In this document: piece by piece, positions 31,188 through 41,144 of the stretch
How positions within the stretch are numbered: position 1 is the stretch's first letter
How the letters are laid out: the number at the start of each line of letters is the position of its first letter
Assembly: GCA_004524445.1 (NCBI GenBank)
Contig: SDNP01000002.1
Location: 32,001-96,000 of the forward strand
Origin: Candidatus Thorarchaeota archaeon
Lineage (GTDB): Archaea > Asgardarchaeota > Thorarchaeia > Thorarchaeales > Thorarchaeaceae
Reading direction: 5' to 3'
Length of the DNA: 64,000 bases
Notes under the pieces: generated by a model
Seen by the model: only the letters and a program-made list of their open reading frames with translations
The model's database searches: none
What the model was told of the DNA's origin: nothing
Made by a program: the position numbers and the translations under genes

Positions 31188-31989
31188 AACAGTCGGCAAC
31201 TACTCCTTCAAGTGCTCTTCGATAACGGTGAAAATATGCGATGCGTTTCTTCAATCTTTTTCTAATAGTATTAAGTGCATTTTTGTTCTTTTTCATTCGA
31301 AGTGGAATGGCTGCATCTATGAGAAATAGGTTTTCTGGAGGGGCAGGTTCAATGCCACTCGGTAAAACATCCGCTCCATCCAGTAGTTGTCTACATACAT
31401 TTGGGTGAATTTCCCCTTTTCCAATACTGACAAGAAGATTAACACTCTTTCGCACAAGTTTCCATAGGAAATTAATACCATAAAAATCTGCAAATGTAAT
31501 CCTTTCATTTGCTATACATACATTCAGAAGAACGGTGTTGGTAGATTTGTCGCCATCTGGTTTTGACAGGAATTGAAAGTCGTGCAGACCCTCCAGCTTA
31601 CTAGCGGCGTTCATAATTCTTGAAAAATCAACATCGCTCTGGCTTGTATCAAAATAATATCTGTAGTGCCGGAATAGCACCCTATGCCTAGGATTAAAAT
31701 CCATAGGAACCTCAGTTTCTGCCCATAGGATGATATCTTCTGGCAAGTGCTCATTTATTTGATTGATTTGTATTTTGCCTTCTGTTTCAAAACACACTGT
31801 TTGACCTATGCTGTTAACTCCCTTATCTGTGCGTCCCGAAAAGGCTACCGATGTTGATGGGTACTCGTAACCACTCCATTTGGTTAGACCATTTATTAAC
31901 TCTCCTTGGATTGTAGGTAAATTCGGTTGGTACTGAGAACCATGATAGCCGGTTCCTAAATAGAAGAGCTTGCAAGCATATTTGGGCAT
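31165..31989 (-). CDS. truA: tRNA pseudouridine synthase TruA
   Basis: GSQYQP, SGRTDKGV, FLWKLVR. Confidence 0.92.
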   Translation of the reverse strand: MPKYACKLFYLGTGYHGSQYQPNLPTIQGELINGLTKWSGYEYPSTSVAFSGRTDKGVNSIGQTVCFETEGKIQINQINEHLPEDIILWAETEVPMDFNPRHRVLFRHYRYYFDTSQSDVDFSRIMNAASKLEGLHDFQFLSKPDGDKSTNTVLLNVCIANERITFADFYGINFLWKLVRKSVNLLVSIGKGEIHPNVCRQLLDGADVLPSGIEPAPPENLFLIDAAIPLRMKKNKNALNTIRKRLKKRIAYFHRYRRALEGVVADCFNETFLC

Positions 31990-32001
31990 AGAGTCACTTC
32001 C

Positions 32002-32295
32002 TTAAGATTGCCATAAATCCAAGAAGTTTCGAAATGAACGTGCTCTCAAATCCTCTGATTTGAAGCGATAAATTTTGATTCGGCCGAAGGTTTTTTCCTC
32101 AACAAGTCCTGCTTCCATCAATGCCTCCAGATGCCCCTTTGTTGTGCTATGATTTAGGCTAACACGCCGGCATAATTCAGATATGTTCAGCTCATTGGAT
32201 AGTGCAAGCTCCTTCAATATCTTCATTCTGCCTTTTGAGGAGAAAAGCTCCTCAAGTGGAATTTTCGCATTGCCTTTTTGCTCATCGGGTGACAT
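32002..32295 (-). CDS. ArsR-like wHTH protein
   Basis: LNISELCRRVSLNHST..GLVEEKTFGR; directly after cdc6. Confidence 0.85.
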   Translation of the reverse strand: MSPDEQKGNAKIPLEELFSSKGRMKILKELALSNELNISELCRRVSLNHSTTKGHLEALMEAGLVEEKTFGRIKIYRFKSEDLRARSFRNFLDLWQS

Positions 32296-32304
32296 GCTTT
32301 GTTT

Positions 32305-33498
32305 CTACTCCAGAAGATTGACCATGAATTGCTCAAGTAAATCTGCAGGAACATCTGATAATCCGATAAGAGTTGTTTGACCTCTTTGGCCCACTCCCGA
32401 TTTCTTCGCGTCTATTACGCCATGGGCGTCCAAGTCCTGGACCCATTCCCAAATTTGTGTATGTGCCCTAGATTGTTTTCCGAACTCTTCGCAAACTGCT
32501 TGGTACATCTCCTCAACTTCTCCAATCGTTACATATACACTTCTTGCTTCTTTCAACTGGCGCGCTGCAGCGAGTAATAACAGTTTATTATGTAATGGGA
32601 GTGTTTCGAAAACCTCTTCTCGTAGTTCTGGGTGAGTATCAGCTTTGGCCTTTCGAACATAATCGGGGATTATTACATCAGAGCCAACTGCATCAGCTTG
32701 TTTCCCACCACGCCAAAGGAGTTCGATGGCATACCGTGCATCACCCCTATTGGAGGCAATGTCACAAATGAGGCTAATCGTTTCCTCCATAATTGCCCCA
32801 GGTTCAAAAGCCATTTTAATTCTCTCAGAGAGGATATCTCTCAACGCATTTGAGGTGTATTTTTCAAAATATAGGACGTTGCGTTGTAATGTACTCAATG
32901 TACTGGCATCAAAAGCACTATCATCTAAGGGTATCTTTCGACCAATACCAATAATCGATAGCCTTTGGGGAGCATTCAGCCGATCATCCATTAATCGAGT
33001 CAGATTGTATATTATGTCTACACCCTTTTGCTTGATGAAATAATCAAGTTCGTCCAGTATTAACAAAAGATATCGATCCTCGGCATCAAGCACTTCTATA
33101 ATCATTTGAAGAACTTCTTCAGGAGAATGCCCTCGACGGGGAAAGTTGGGTTTGAATGTTCGAAGAATCTTAAGGTATACAAGATATTCACTCTTATTGA
33201 CTCTGCAGTTGATGTGTATTTTGCGTAATCTTATTTTTCGCCTTACTGCAGCTTGAACCAATTGCTCAGAGAATCTCTTTGTAACTGCAGTTTTTCCTGT
33301 CCCAACAGGCCCTTGGATAATGAATTTCTGACTTGTCTGTCCAGGAGAAGTGATCATTGTTTTGAAACTTTGAGCCAGTGTTCTCAATTCTGTTTCTCTG
33401 TGTGGGAGATTCTCTGGTACATAGTCGATTGACAAATATTTCTCTGATTTGAATACGCTAGTCCTTCCGAGTTCATCCTCAACATAGTCACGCGGCAT
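32305..33498 (-). CDS. cdc6: Orc1/Cdc6 initiator
   Basis: LPHRE, GPVGTGKT, LDELD, GDARYA, C-terminal wH (GQRGQTT). Confidence 0.95.
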   Translation of the reverse strand: MPRDYVEDELGRTSVFKSEKYLSIDYVPENLPHRETELRTLAQSFKTMITSPGQTSQKFIIQGPVGTGKTAVTKRFSEQLVQAAVRRKIRLRKIHINCRVNKSEYLVYLKILRTFKPNFPRRGHSPEEVLQMIIEVLDAEDRYLLLILDELDYFIKQKGVDIIYNLTRLMDDRLNAPQRLSIIGIGRKIPLDDSAFDASTLSTLQRNVLYFEKYTSNALRDILSERIKMAFEPGAIMEETISLICDIASNRGDARYAIELLWRGGKQADAVGSDVIIPDYVRKAKADTHPELREEVFETLPLHNKLLLLAAARQLKEARSVYVTIGEVEEMYQAVCEEFGKQSRAHTQIWEWVQDLDAHGVIDAKKSGVGQRGQTTLIGLSDVPADLLEQFMVNLLE

Positions 33499-33596
33499 CA
33501 GAAACCACGAACTTCTGTTGGGCTTTAGCATAAAAAGGCTTGCTTGTTTGTTCGGTTAACTGAACATCAGTGGTAGAGGTGAGTGAAAGTATTGGT

Positions 33597-33668
33597 GGCG
33601 GCTCAGAACTCAAGATCCGCATCATTGTCCCGAAAGACTCAGTGGGGTCATTACCATCATCGCACGCC
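33597..33668 (-). ncRNA. Box C/D guide sRNA (predicted tRNA-Leu(CAA) Cm34 guide)
   Basis: GGCG/CGCC terminal stem, AUGAUG, 12-nt guide, CUGA, UUCG hairpin, AUGAUG, 13-nt guide, CUGA. Confidence 0.85.
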
Positions 33669-33717
33669 ATGAAAATATTCAGCTATAGCCCTTAAGTTTC
33701 ATTGCATGAAGATAATG

Positions 33718-33818
33718 TGGTGCGGCCGCCGGGATTTGAAGTCCCGCAATTCGTGATGAATTGACTCGGGTTGGAAGCTTGGGAAGCTTCCGTCCTAACC
33801 AAACTAGACCACGGCCGC
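33718..33818 (-). tRNA. tRNA-Gly(CCC) with 24-nt intron at 53/54 (33741-33764)
   Basis: GCGGCCG acceptor, GAAGC/GCTTC anticodon stem, CCA; BHB-type CCCG/CGGG helix plus CAATTC/GAATTG. Confidence 0.9.
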
Positions 33819-33940
33819 CAAACGTGAAGTTTGTGGAATTGATAAAAGCGTATCGGCATTTTTTCTTTGGTTTATGCATTTGGCTCAAATCTGAACTTTT
33901 ATCTTCATCTGATAGTGTGCGGGTCGTGGGTATAATACGG

Positions 33941-35062
33941 ATGAAGACACCAAATGGTAATGTTGCTTTCTGGCAGGGTAACCAAGCTTGTGCAGAAGCT
34001 GCTATTGCAGCAGGCTGCCGTTTCTTTGCAGGCTATCCTATTACTCCTGCATCTGAAATTGCAGAAATCATGTCGAGTAGACTGCCTGAAAATCATGGTA
34101 TCTATTTGCAGATGGAAGATGAAATTGCCGCATTATCTGCGGTTATTGGTGCGTCTTGGGGAGGAAGGTTATCTATGACTGCAACATCGGGGCCAGGTTT
34201 CAGTCTGATGCAAGAGGGCATAGGTTATGCAATAATGACTGAAACTCCCTGTGTGATAATAGATGTACAGAGAGCAGGTCCAAGTACCGGGCAAGCAACA
34301 AAGGCCGCACAAGGAGATTTGATGCAATCACGCTGGGGTACACATGGCGATCATGAGAGTATTGTATTGGCACCCAACTCGGCACAAGAAACATATGAAC
34401 TTACAATAGAGGCATTCAGAATATCGGAAATGTTACGCCACCCAGTTATAGTTCTAACAGATGAAATTGTTGCTCATTCAAGAGAGAGAGTAGTGATTAC
34501 GGAGAGAGAGAAAGCAGTCAAGAGGAAATTTCTTGAGAATACAAATCAATCATATTTTCAAATAGATGAAACAGGGCATGCCTTGATGCCAAGATTTGGT
34601 GATGGACTTGATTTACTTGTGACTGGGTCAACGCATGACAAAAATGGAATCAGAAAAACGTCAGATCCGGGCACTCATGACAACTTAGTGCGACGATTGA
34701 AAGAAAAGATATCTGGAGCAGAAATATTTCCAGAACCAAGATATATAGGACCAAATGACGCCGATTTAGCTATAATCTCATTTGGCAGTACTTCACGTTC
34801 AGCAGAACAGGCCATTACCGAGCCAAATGGCGATTCGTCGATAAAGGGTATGCAGCTTAGGACACTCTGGCCTTTTCCGGAGAAAGCAGTAATAGAGTTC
34901 TCAAAAGGTGTGGAGAAATTATTGGTACCTGAGTTGAGTCTGGGGCAATTGGTTCGAGAAGTAGAGAGAGTTGTGGATGATTCATTGCAGGTTGTGTCAC
35001 TGACCAAAATTGGTGGGGGAAGACTCATTGATCCCTCGGAGATTGTCGATTCATTATTATGA
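33941..35062 (+). CDS. 2-oxoacid:acceptor oxidoreductase alpha subunit
   Basis: GYPITP, QMEDE, TATSGPG, QRAGPSTG. Confidence 0.92.
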   Translation: MKTPNGNVAFWQGNQACAEAAIAAGCRFFAGYPITPASEIAEIMSSRLPENHGIYLQMEDEIAALSAVIGASWGGRLSMTATSGPGFSLMQEGIGYAIMTETPCVIIDVQRAGPSTGQATKAAQGDLMQSRWGTHGDHESIVLAPNSAQETYELTIEAFRISEMLRHPVIVLTDEIVAHSRERVVITEREKAVKRKFLENTNQSYFQIDETGHALMPRFGDGLDLLVTGSTHDKNGIRKTSDPGTHDNLVRRLKEKISGAEIFPEPRYIGPNDADLAIISFGSTSRSAEQAITEPNGDSSIKGMQLRTLWPFPEKAVIEFSKGVEKLLVPELSLGQLVREVERVVDDSLQVVSLTKIGGGRLIDPSEIVDSLL

Positions 35063-37368
35063 TCAGGCACTGTAGGACTCTTCGGAGGGTTGGAGGATAG
35101 AGGTGTCGAAGAGGGTTCATTATCCTCTACCGTTATTGAAAAGAATACTGTGGTTCGCATCCAAACAAATACACTAGCATAATGTATTTCTTCTTCATAA
35201 AAGGGCTGTGAGAATTTCAATATCACGGAATGCAATCCAGGAAACAATGATGACGGCAGCTCAAGTGTAACTGCCCCACTAAGATCAACCTCCTGTTGAT
35301 GTGTAAGTAGCGTGCTATCGATGCTATCGAATAACCGAATATCGATTTCAGTTAATCTAGTGCCATTGTCCTGAATAACTGATATGTTAGCGGAAATTTG
35401 CTCGTTGTAAAATGCAGACAAAAAGGAAACATTGGAGTTGAATCTGCCCTGAATAATTACTTGGATTATATTTGGGGATTCTATAAAGACATATTCATCT
35501 TGAATTGTTAATTCTGCATAGTATTGACCTACATCTATTTGGGGCTGAATATCAAATTCCAATTCTTCTTTACTATTGCAATTAAGGAGTCTGTTCAGTG
35601 TAAACAAATCATGGACTTCATTGATATATACTGTAACGCTGGCATCAATAATCGGAGACTGGAGAGTAATATTCACTTGTGATATCTTACCCCTGGTGAA
35701 GGACCAAGGAGTAGAATCCATAATGATTTGAATGGGATTGTAAATGGACACTGTGAAGTTTCTAAATGACTCGTGCACAAATTCAGAGGGGAATGAAGAA
35801 ACGTGCAAAATGAGTTCCATCTCTCCGAGTTTTGTGTCGTTTGCAATATACCAAATGAGATACAACTTACCAAGCAAATCTGTGACTCCATCACCAAGAG
35901 GATGTCCGTTTTTGTCAGTTAGTTCAACTTCGATACCTTTGAGTGGTATGCTAACGGGATTAAGAAGCTGCACCGAGATATTGCAGGCATCTTCCAGCAG
36001 AGCTATTTGTGGTCGCTCAACTTCAATCCGGGGAATAAATTCTATGCTGACAGAGGTAGTTGTTGAGTAATTTTTGTAGCAAGTAGTAGTGTTAACTTCT
36101 GTAATCAAGTAGCCGTTGCCCCACAATGTTGACGGAACTGTGAATTCCCAATAGAGTAATCCGTTTTCATTTGTTATGCCATAGTAACAGATTTCAGTGG
36201 AGTCTAGGACTAGTTTGGTTGCTACGTTAATATTGGTGAGCTTTTCAAGAGATAGGCTATCATATAATTGAACAGTGCCATTGATTGGACTTGGACTTAT
36301 TGCAGTGTATACTGTGATATTGGATAGCATGCTCCGTGGCGTGACATTCAGTGGTAAACTCATCATGGCAGGTTGATAGTTGGGATGAGATGCTGTGATA
36401 TCTAGAGTATATGTGCCAGGATTTGTCTTGATTGGGATTTCAATCAGAAAGGTCCCATTGGATTGAATTGGTGTAGTGCCAGTGCAAAAGGGTGTACTCC
36501 ATTCAACAATGCCATTTCCTATGACATTTTGTTGAGGATTCAAATGCAGTGCTTCAATAGTCATATTCTCGTAAGATTTTCCACTTTGAGACTGACAGAC
36601 TATGGAATCTTGAGCGCCAGTAATGTGAATATAGGATTTCTCTTGAATAACTTCAATATGGAAAGTTTCGTTAACTGGTTCCCAAACAGCAGTTGCATTA
36701 GAGAGGACTTGAAGACTGTAGTTTCCTGTGACTAAGAGATCTTGTTCAATCGCGGTTGAAACAATACCGGATTCGTTAGTGTAAACATATCTTTTGAATA
36801 CCTGATTGGAATTATTATCTGAAAGAGTAAGAAGTAAATCAGACTCTGCATAGGCAAAGCTCTGATTGTGGCGACTTACAACTTGAAAGAACAGAGTAGC
36901 ATTCGTGTTTTCTTCAAAAGTTAAATCGGATAGAGCTATGCAGTCCAGTTGCCCACGGGATATATTCAATTCAATCGTTTCAGTCACTGTCTCTGAGTAA
37001 CCGTCGAACATCTCTGCGTTGAATATAGCATATACATTTGTTCCATTTTCCCCTGGAAGTAAATGTGATGGCTCTATGCAATACTTTGATGACAAAAATC
37101 TTATTTCGGGTGATGGTGGAATCATTCTCTCATCCAAATATATGGTTCCAGAATCGGCTACGACTGCAAAGGATACGTAACACCAGCCAGTATCACTGAA
37201 GTCTGCTATAATCTTGGAGAGCAGTTCCATTGTTTCTCCGATATGGTAGTCGAGCTGGTCAGTTTCGAAATAGTACAGTTCAAATTGGAATGCCGATACT
37301 TCAACGGCACTCCCAAGAACAATAACTAGTACCATAGATGAGCATAGCAGAGCCAGTCTTCTATTCAC
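34675..37368 (-). CDS. Large secreted Ig-like repeat surface protein
   Basis: Signal peptide, repeated TNESG/TNENG/TDLLG beta modules, many NxS/T sequons; 3' end overlaps the oxidoreductase gene. Confidence 0.75.
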   Translation of the reverse strand: MNRRLALLCSSMVLVIVLGSAVEVSAFQFELYYFETDQLDYHIGETMELLSKIIADFSDTGWCYVSFAVVADSGTIYLDERMIPPSPEIRFLSSKYCIEPSHLLPGENGTNVYAIFNAEMFDGYSETVTETIELNISRGQLDCIALSDLTFEENTNATLFFQVVSRHNQSFAYAESDLLLTLSDNNSNQVFKRYVYTNESGIVSTAIEQDLLVTGNYSLQVLSNATAVWEPVNETFHIEVIQEKSYIHITGAQDSIVCQSQSGKSYENMTIEALHLNPQQNVIGNGIVEWSTPFCTGTTPIQSNGTFLIEIPIKTNPGTYTLDITASHPNYQPAMMSLPLNVTPRSMLSNITVYTAISPSPINGTVQLYDSLSLEKLTNINVATKLVLDSTEICYYGITNENGLLYWEFTVPSTLWGNGYLITEVNTTTCYKNYSTTTSVSIEFIPRIEVERPQIALLEDACNISVQLLNPVSIPLKGIEVELTDKNGHPLGDGVTDLLGKLYLIWYIANDTKLGEMELILHVSSFPSEFVHESFRNFTVSIYNPIQIIMDSTPWSFTRGKISQVNITLQSPIIDASVTVYINEVHDLFTLNRLLNCNSKEELEFDIQPQIDVGQYYAELTIQDEYVFIESPNIIQVIIQGRFNSNVSFLSAFYNEQISANISVIQDNGTRLTEIDIRLFDSIDSTLLTHQQEVDLSGAVTLELPSSLFPGLHSVILKFSQPFYEEEIHYASVFVWMRTTVFFSITVEDNEPSSTPLSSNPPKSPTVPDHNNESTISEGSMSLPPPILVSDTTCNESSTTLSTSRTNCPRLNSGTNNFSTPFENSITAFSGKGQSVLSCIPFIDESPFGSVMACSAEREVLPNEIIAKSASFGPIYLGSGNISAPDIFSFNRRTKLS

Positions 37369-37483
37369 TTATTTCCACCGTAATCTATTGTCTATGCAAG
37401 AATAAAAACAGCACAGGATGTAACGACAGGTTTAATTCTTTCAGTTCGACAGGAGATTACAGCATATTAGGAGAATAGAAAGC

Positions 37484-37849
37484 ATGGTCGTTCGACTCAA
37501 AAATGCAACTATTGATTCATTGGAAACAACAGAAACAAGAAGACTATTGCTAATGAAAATTGTTTCCAAAAGCGATGGAGCTGTTCTGGAGCTTGAATTG
37601 CCTGAAGTCTTGTGTGGCCCTTTCAAAGAAAAGGACAAGATTGATGTAAGAATTGATGCAAAAGAGATTACTAAAGGAGACCAAGCTAAATTGTACGTAG
37701 AAGGTACTGTATTCAAAGTAACCAATGAGAAGAACTTTGATGTGATAGCAGCAGTTGGAGGCCTGAAATTCAATCTCTCTTTATCTGACCCCAAACCTTC
37801 ACAGAAAAAAATCTTTTCGAGTGATAGGTTTTATTTGACGTTGGATTAG
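37484..37849 (+). CDS. RNA polymerase subunit Rpo8/Rpb8-like
   Basis: LELELP..FKEKDKI..YVEGTVFK..AVGGL matches the Rpb8 OB-fold pattern. Confidence 0.75.
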   Translation: MVVRLKNATIDSLETTETRRLLLMKIVSKSDGAVLELELPEVLCGPFKEKDKIDVRIDAKEITKGDQAKLYVEGTVFKVTNEKNFDVIAAVGGLKFNLSLSDPKPSQKKIFSSDRFYLTLD

Positions 37850-38001
37850 TTCTGATTACTTTCGCTCACCCCCCTTTCTGCCAGTGACCTGATTGTTCCT
37901 TCAAACTACTTGGTAGTTTTATTGGCAGTACCCCAAGGTAGCTGCTAGAGACTTTGAACTAGTGAAATCTAGTTAGGTAGAGAAGCAAAGACTTCTCTTG
38001 G

Positions 38002-39036
38002 GTGTGGTCATTGGTTGATGCGGTACAATCCTATAATATTCCCGAGAGTTGTCCAGATTGCTTGGGAAGGGTAATAATAAGCAGAGGACATCTTGTATGT
38101 ACGAGATGTGGTCTAGTAATATCTAGAGAGTATGTGCTTCCCACTTTCCAAATGGGAGCGGAACGGAGAGAAGGAGATCCAGAAGCCAGCCAGTATGTTT
38201 CTTTGGGTAATCGTTTACATATTGTGGATGGTTTGGGCAGTTACATAGGATACCATAAGGACAGATATTTTCGTGATTCTACGGGTCAATCTCTCTCAGG
38301 AAAACAACAAAAAAAGTTCAGGCGTCTGAAATCTGTATATAGTACCAGAGTCAGAATTGGAAAGGACGAGGCTAAATATCGTGCCTTGCGCACTCTTAAT
38401 CGCGTAGCTAAGTTACTAATGCTGAATGAACAGGTACGAGACCGGGCGGCGTATTTATTCAACAAAGTACTCTCTGAAGCTGAGGAGCGGATATCAAATA
38501 ATATACTCCTAATGGCAGTATGCCTCTTGATGGGGGTGAGGGAATTTAAGCAAGAGGCCCCTATTACTTTAGAAGAGATTGCAGAAGTGTTTGAACAATG
38601 TGGACATCGTGTAAGCGTTCGCACAATTGTACGTGAAGCACTTAGGTTGAGATCCATTACAGGACATGTGCCCAGAATTCGAAAACCACGGGATTATGTT
38701 CCAAGAGTATTGTCACTGTTGATAAATAATGGCGAAGTAGTTCGCAAGGTCAAGACCAGAGGCTGGGATGTGAGTGAGTACAAAAGTAAACTGCAAAAGA
38801 AGATGTTCTTCATACTAGATCTCGTTCCCAGTTCAAAACGAGGAGGGCGTAATCCATTCATTTTCACCGTTTCATCTGCTTATGCAGGCGACCGGTTAGT
38901 TGCAGAAGAGTGTGGCTCTAAGAGTGTTCTAACTCAAAAATTGGCCTCTGCTGCAACGGATGTTGCAGAGTATAGCATTAGAGACCATTTTGGAATGATA
39001 AAGAAGATTGCAAAGATGTCAGCTATTGCTATCTAG
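38002..39036 (+). CDS. Divergent TFB/TFIIB paralogue
   Basis: CPDC..CTRCG Zn ribbon, two cyclin-like repeats, LTQKLASAATDVAEYSIR. Confidence 0.8.
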   Translation: MWSLVDAVQSYNIPESCPDCLGRVIISRGHLVCTRCGLVISREYVLPTFQMGAERREGDPEASQYVSLGNRLHIVDGLGSYIGYHKDRYFRDSTGQSLSGKQQKKFRRLKSVYSTRVRIGKDEAKYRALRTLNRVAKLLMLNEQVRDRAAYLFNKVLSEAEERISNNILLMAVCLLMGVREFKQEAPITLEEIAEVFEQCGHRVSVRTIVREALRLRSITGHVPRIRKPRDYVPRVLSLLINNGEVVRKVKTRGWDVSEYKSKLQKKMFFILDLVPSSKRGGRNPFIFTVSSAYAGDRLVAEECGSKSVLTQKLASAATDVAEYSIRDHFGMIKKIAKMSAIAI

Positions 39037-39068
39037 ATAGGGTATTGGGACTTGCAGATTGATGGTGT

Positions 39069-40757
39069 GTGTATAGATTGATGGATGCAACGGTCATCGT
39101 AAATCATTGTCCTATTGGTCGCTGTGAATCCTGTAGCGATCTTTTGCAATCTAAATGCAAGTGGCTTCATGAAGAAACGTATGTCACGATTCCCAAGGCG
39201 ATTTTGTTTGTGGAGGCAGGGAAAGGACTGATTCATATAGGCGGTCTAGATGGGAAATTACCCTCTATGCCACCCTGGAAGGATGAAAGCTGGAATTCAA
39301 TTTCTACAGAAGAGTGTGTGCTCCGGGATATCGATGCATGTATCGATGCTTACAGAGTTGGCTCGTATTTGTCCTTATTTTTGCAGAGAGCGAATATTAT
39401 TACCTATATGCCATTGGCTATACTCGGGTCTAGTCTAGAGCATGCGTTGCTGGAGGATTTGAAGAAAAGGTATCGAGATAGCATTAGAATTGATTCTCAT
39501 GAGCGGAAATCCCTAGAAGAGTCTGTTAATCATGCAATAAAGCTCCTTTTTCGGGATGCTAGTTGCAGGTTTCCCGAGATTGGAGAGGAAACTCTTCAAA
39601 CAGTATCTCGATTAGCAGCTCATTCGGAAACGGTGCTGTATCCTATAATGCCGTTGATATTAGATGACATGGTTGAGGAGATTTTCTTTGACAAGCCCAA
39701 TCAGCGTATCTATTTTGATCATGCAGAGCATGGACGTTGTTTGTCCAAACTCACGTTTAGGAATGATGATTTGAGTAGGATATCTACTTTACTACGAGCA
39801 GAAAGCAATATGCACTTGGATAGTAGAAATCCATCTCTTAAAACGAATCTCAATCTGTTGGGCAATAGATTGAGAGTCACGGCCATAATTGAACCACTTG
39901 CAAATGACGGATTCAGCCTAAGTTTGAGACGACTAAGGAAGTCTCCGTTTTCAATACTAGATTTGATTGGAAATGGATCTCTAACACGAGAAGTAGCAGC
40001 GGCATTGTTACTGGCAGTCAATAATAGAATGAACATTACCATAACAGGAGCACCCGGATCAGGAAAGACGACTCTACTTAATGCACTAGATGCGACTACA
40101 CCTAGCAAATGGAGGAAATTGTACATAGAAGATACTGTAGAGAGCAGGCCACTCGAAAACCATCATCAATTGCGTTTGTGTGTTGACCCTGTTGATGAAT
40201 TGGCGGGCGTGCTCAGCAAAAGCAAGGAAATAGTCAAATCACTCCATAGATCCCCCGATTATGTTGTTCTAGGGGAAATCCAAACGATGGAGCATAGTCG
40301 AGCACTATTCGAGGCCCTTGCTGCAGGACTGCGTACCATACAGACGTGTCATGCAAATTCGGCTTCCGGACTTGTCAGCAGATGGTCCATCAATCACGGG
40401 ATTAGTGATGCAAATTTGGCGATGATGGATATTGTAATTACTATGGATAGACCGAATCCCGGTAGTGCAAAACGATTCGTAAAAGAACTAGTAGAGGTGA
40501 AACGAAAAGTAAGTGATGGCATTATTCGTTTTGCTGGATTGAATAATCTATATTCTGCGGTTGATTCTGCGAAATCTTTCCAATGGTGTGATAATGGAGC
40601 CTTCAAACTTGCGGCAAAGGAAGTTGGTACGAATTCTCATACGGCCACCTATGATGAGATTCTTCAAAACCTATACAACCTGGATTCAGGCGATGTGTTA
40701 GATTCTTTTCTACAGAATATAGCTAATCACGGACAGCTTATACCCAAAAAGTCGTGA
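39069..40757 (+). CDS. Type II/IV secretion ATPase (VirB11/CpaF-like)
   Basis: GAPGSGKTT, IEDTVE, VVLGEIQ, TCHANS. Confidence 0.88.
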   Translation: MYRLMDATVIVNHCPIGRCESCSDLLQSKCKWLHEETYVTIPKAILFVEAGKGLIHIGGLDGKLPSMPPWKDESWNSISTEECVLRDIDACIDAYRVGSYLSLFLQRANIITYMPLAILGSSLEHALLEDLKKRYRDSIRIDSHERKSLEESVNHAIKLLFRDASCRFPEIGEETLQTVSRLAAHSETVLYPIMPLILDDMVEEIFFDKPNQRIYFDHAEHGRCLSKLTFRNDDLSRISTLLRAESNMHLDSRNPSLKTNLNLLGNRLRVTAIIEPLANDGFSLSLRRLRKSPFSILDLIGNGSLTREVAAALLLAVNNRMNITITGAPGSGKTTLLNALDATTPSKWRKLYIEDTVESRPLENHHQLRLCVDPVDELAGVLSKSKEIVKSLHRSPDYVVLGEIQTMEHSRALFEALAAGLRTIQTCHANSASGLVSRWSINHGISDANLAMMDIVITMDRPNPGSAKRFVKELVEVKRKVSDGIIRFAGLNNLYSAVDSAKSFQWCDNGAFKLAAKEVGTNSHTATYDEILQNLYNLDSGDVLDSFLQNIANHGQLIPKKS

Positions 40758-40860
40758 GTGTGTGGTTTGTCCAACAAGATTCGCTTTAACTCTGGCTGTG
40801 AACCTCATTCTTTAGGTCCTTAAATACGCAAATCCGGAAATGAGAGAATAGGGTTATAAA

Positions 40861-41061
40861 ATGGTTTCATCCAAACTAATAGAAAATCAAAATGGTGGAC
40901 CTTTGGTTGAAGAGAGTCTCTTGTTAGGACTGGCGATTGTCACTATCTCTATTGTTATAGGTGTAATTCTTCAAGCCACAGGTTGGGCACAGGATGTAGT
41001 TAGTACTCTAATGGAAATGCTGGAGGAAAGTTGGAGCATCTTTGGTGAAGTTGTACCATAG
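40861..41061 (+). CDS. Flp-like pilin (class III signal peptide)
   Basis: NQNG|GPLVE (E at +5) followed by a hydrophobic helix; 66 aa; next to the ATPase. Confidence 0.7.
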   Translation: MVSSKLIENQNGGPLVEESLLLGLAIVTISIVIGVILQATGWAQDVVSTLMEMLEESWSIFGEVVP

Positions 41062-41144
41062 GAGGTAAGTGTTGGCCCTGGCCTTTGGGAAAGCCTTATT
41101 TGCTGAACATTTGGTGAAGACTCGCTTCGGACTGCGGTGACTCG

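Noticed and set aside
33499-33596. Origin directly upstream of cdc6
   Set aside because: No ORB or AT-rich DUE seen; only a TATA-like element
33488-33940. ORFs 33488-33670, 33679-33888 and the N-terminal extension of the 33761 ORF
   Set aside because: They overlap the sRNA and tRNA-Gly; the oxidoreductase most likely starts at 33941
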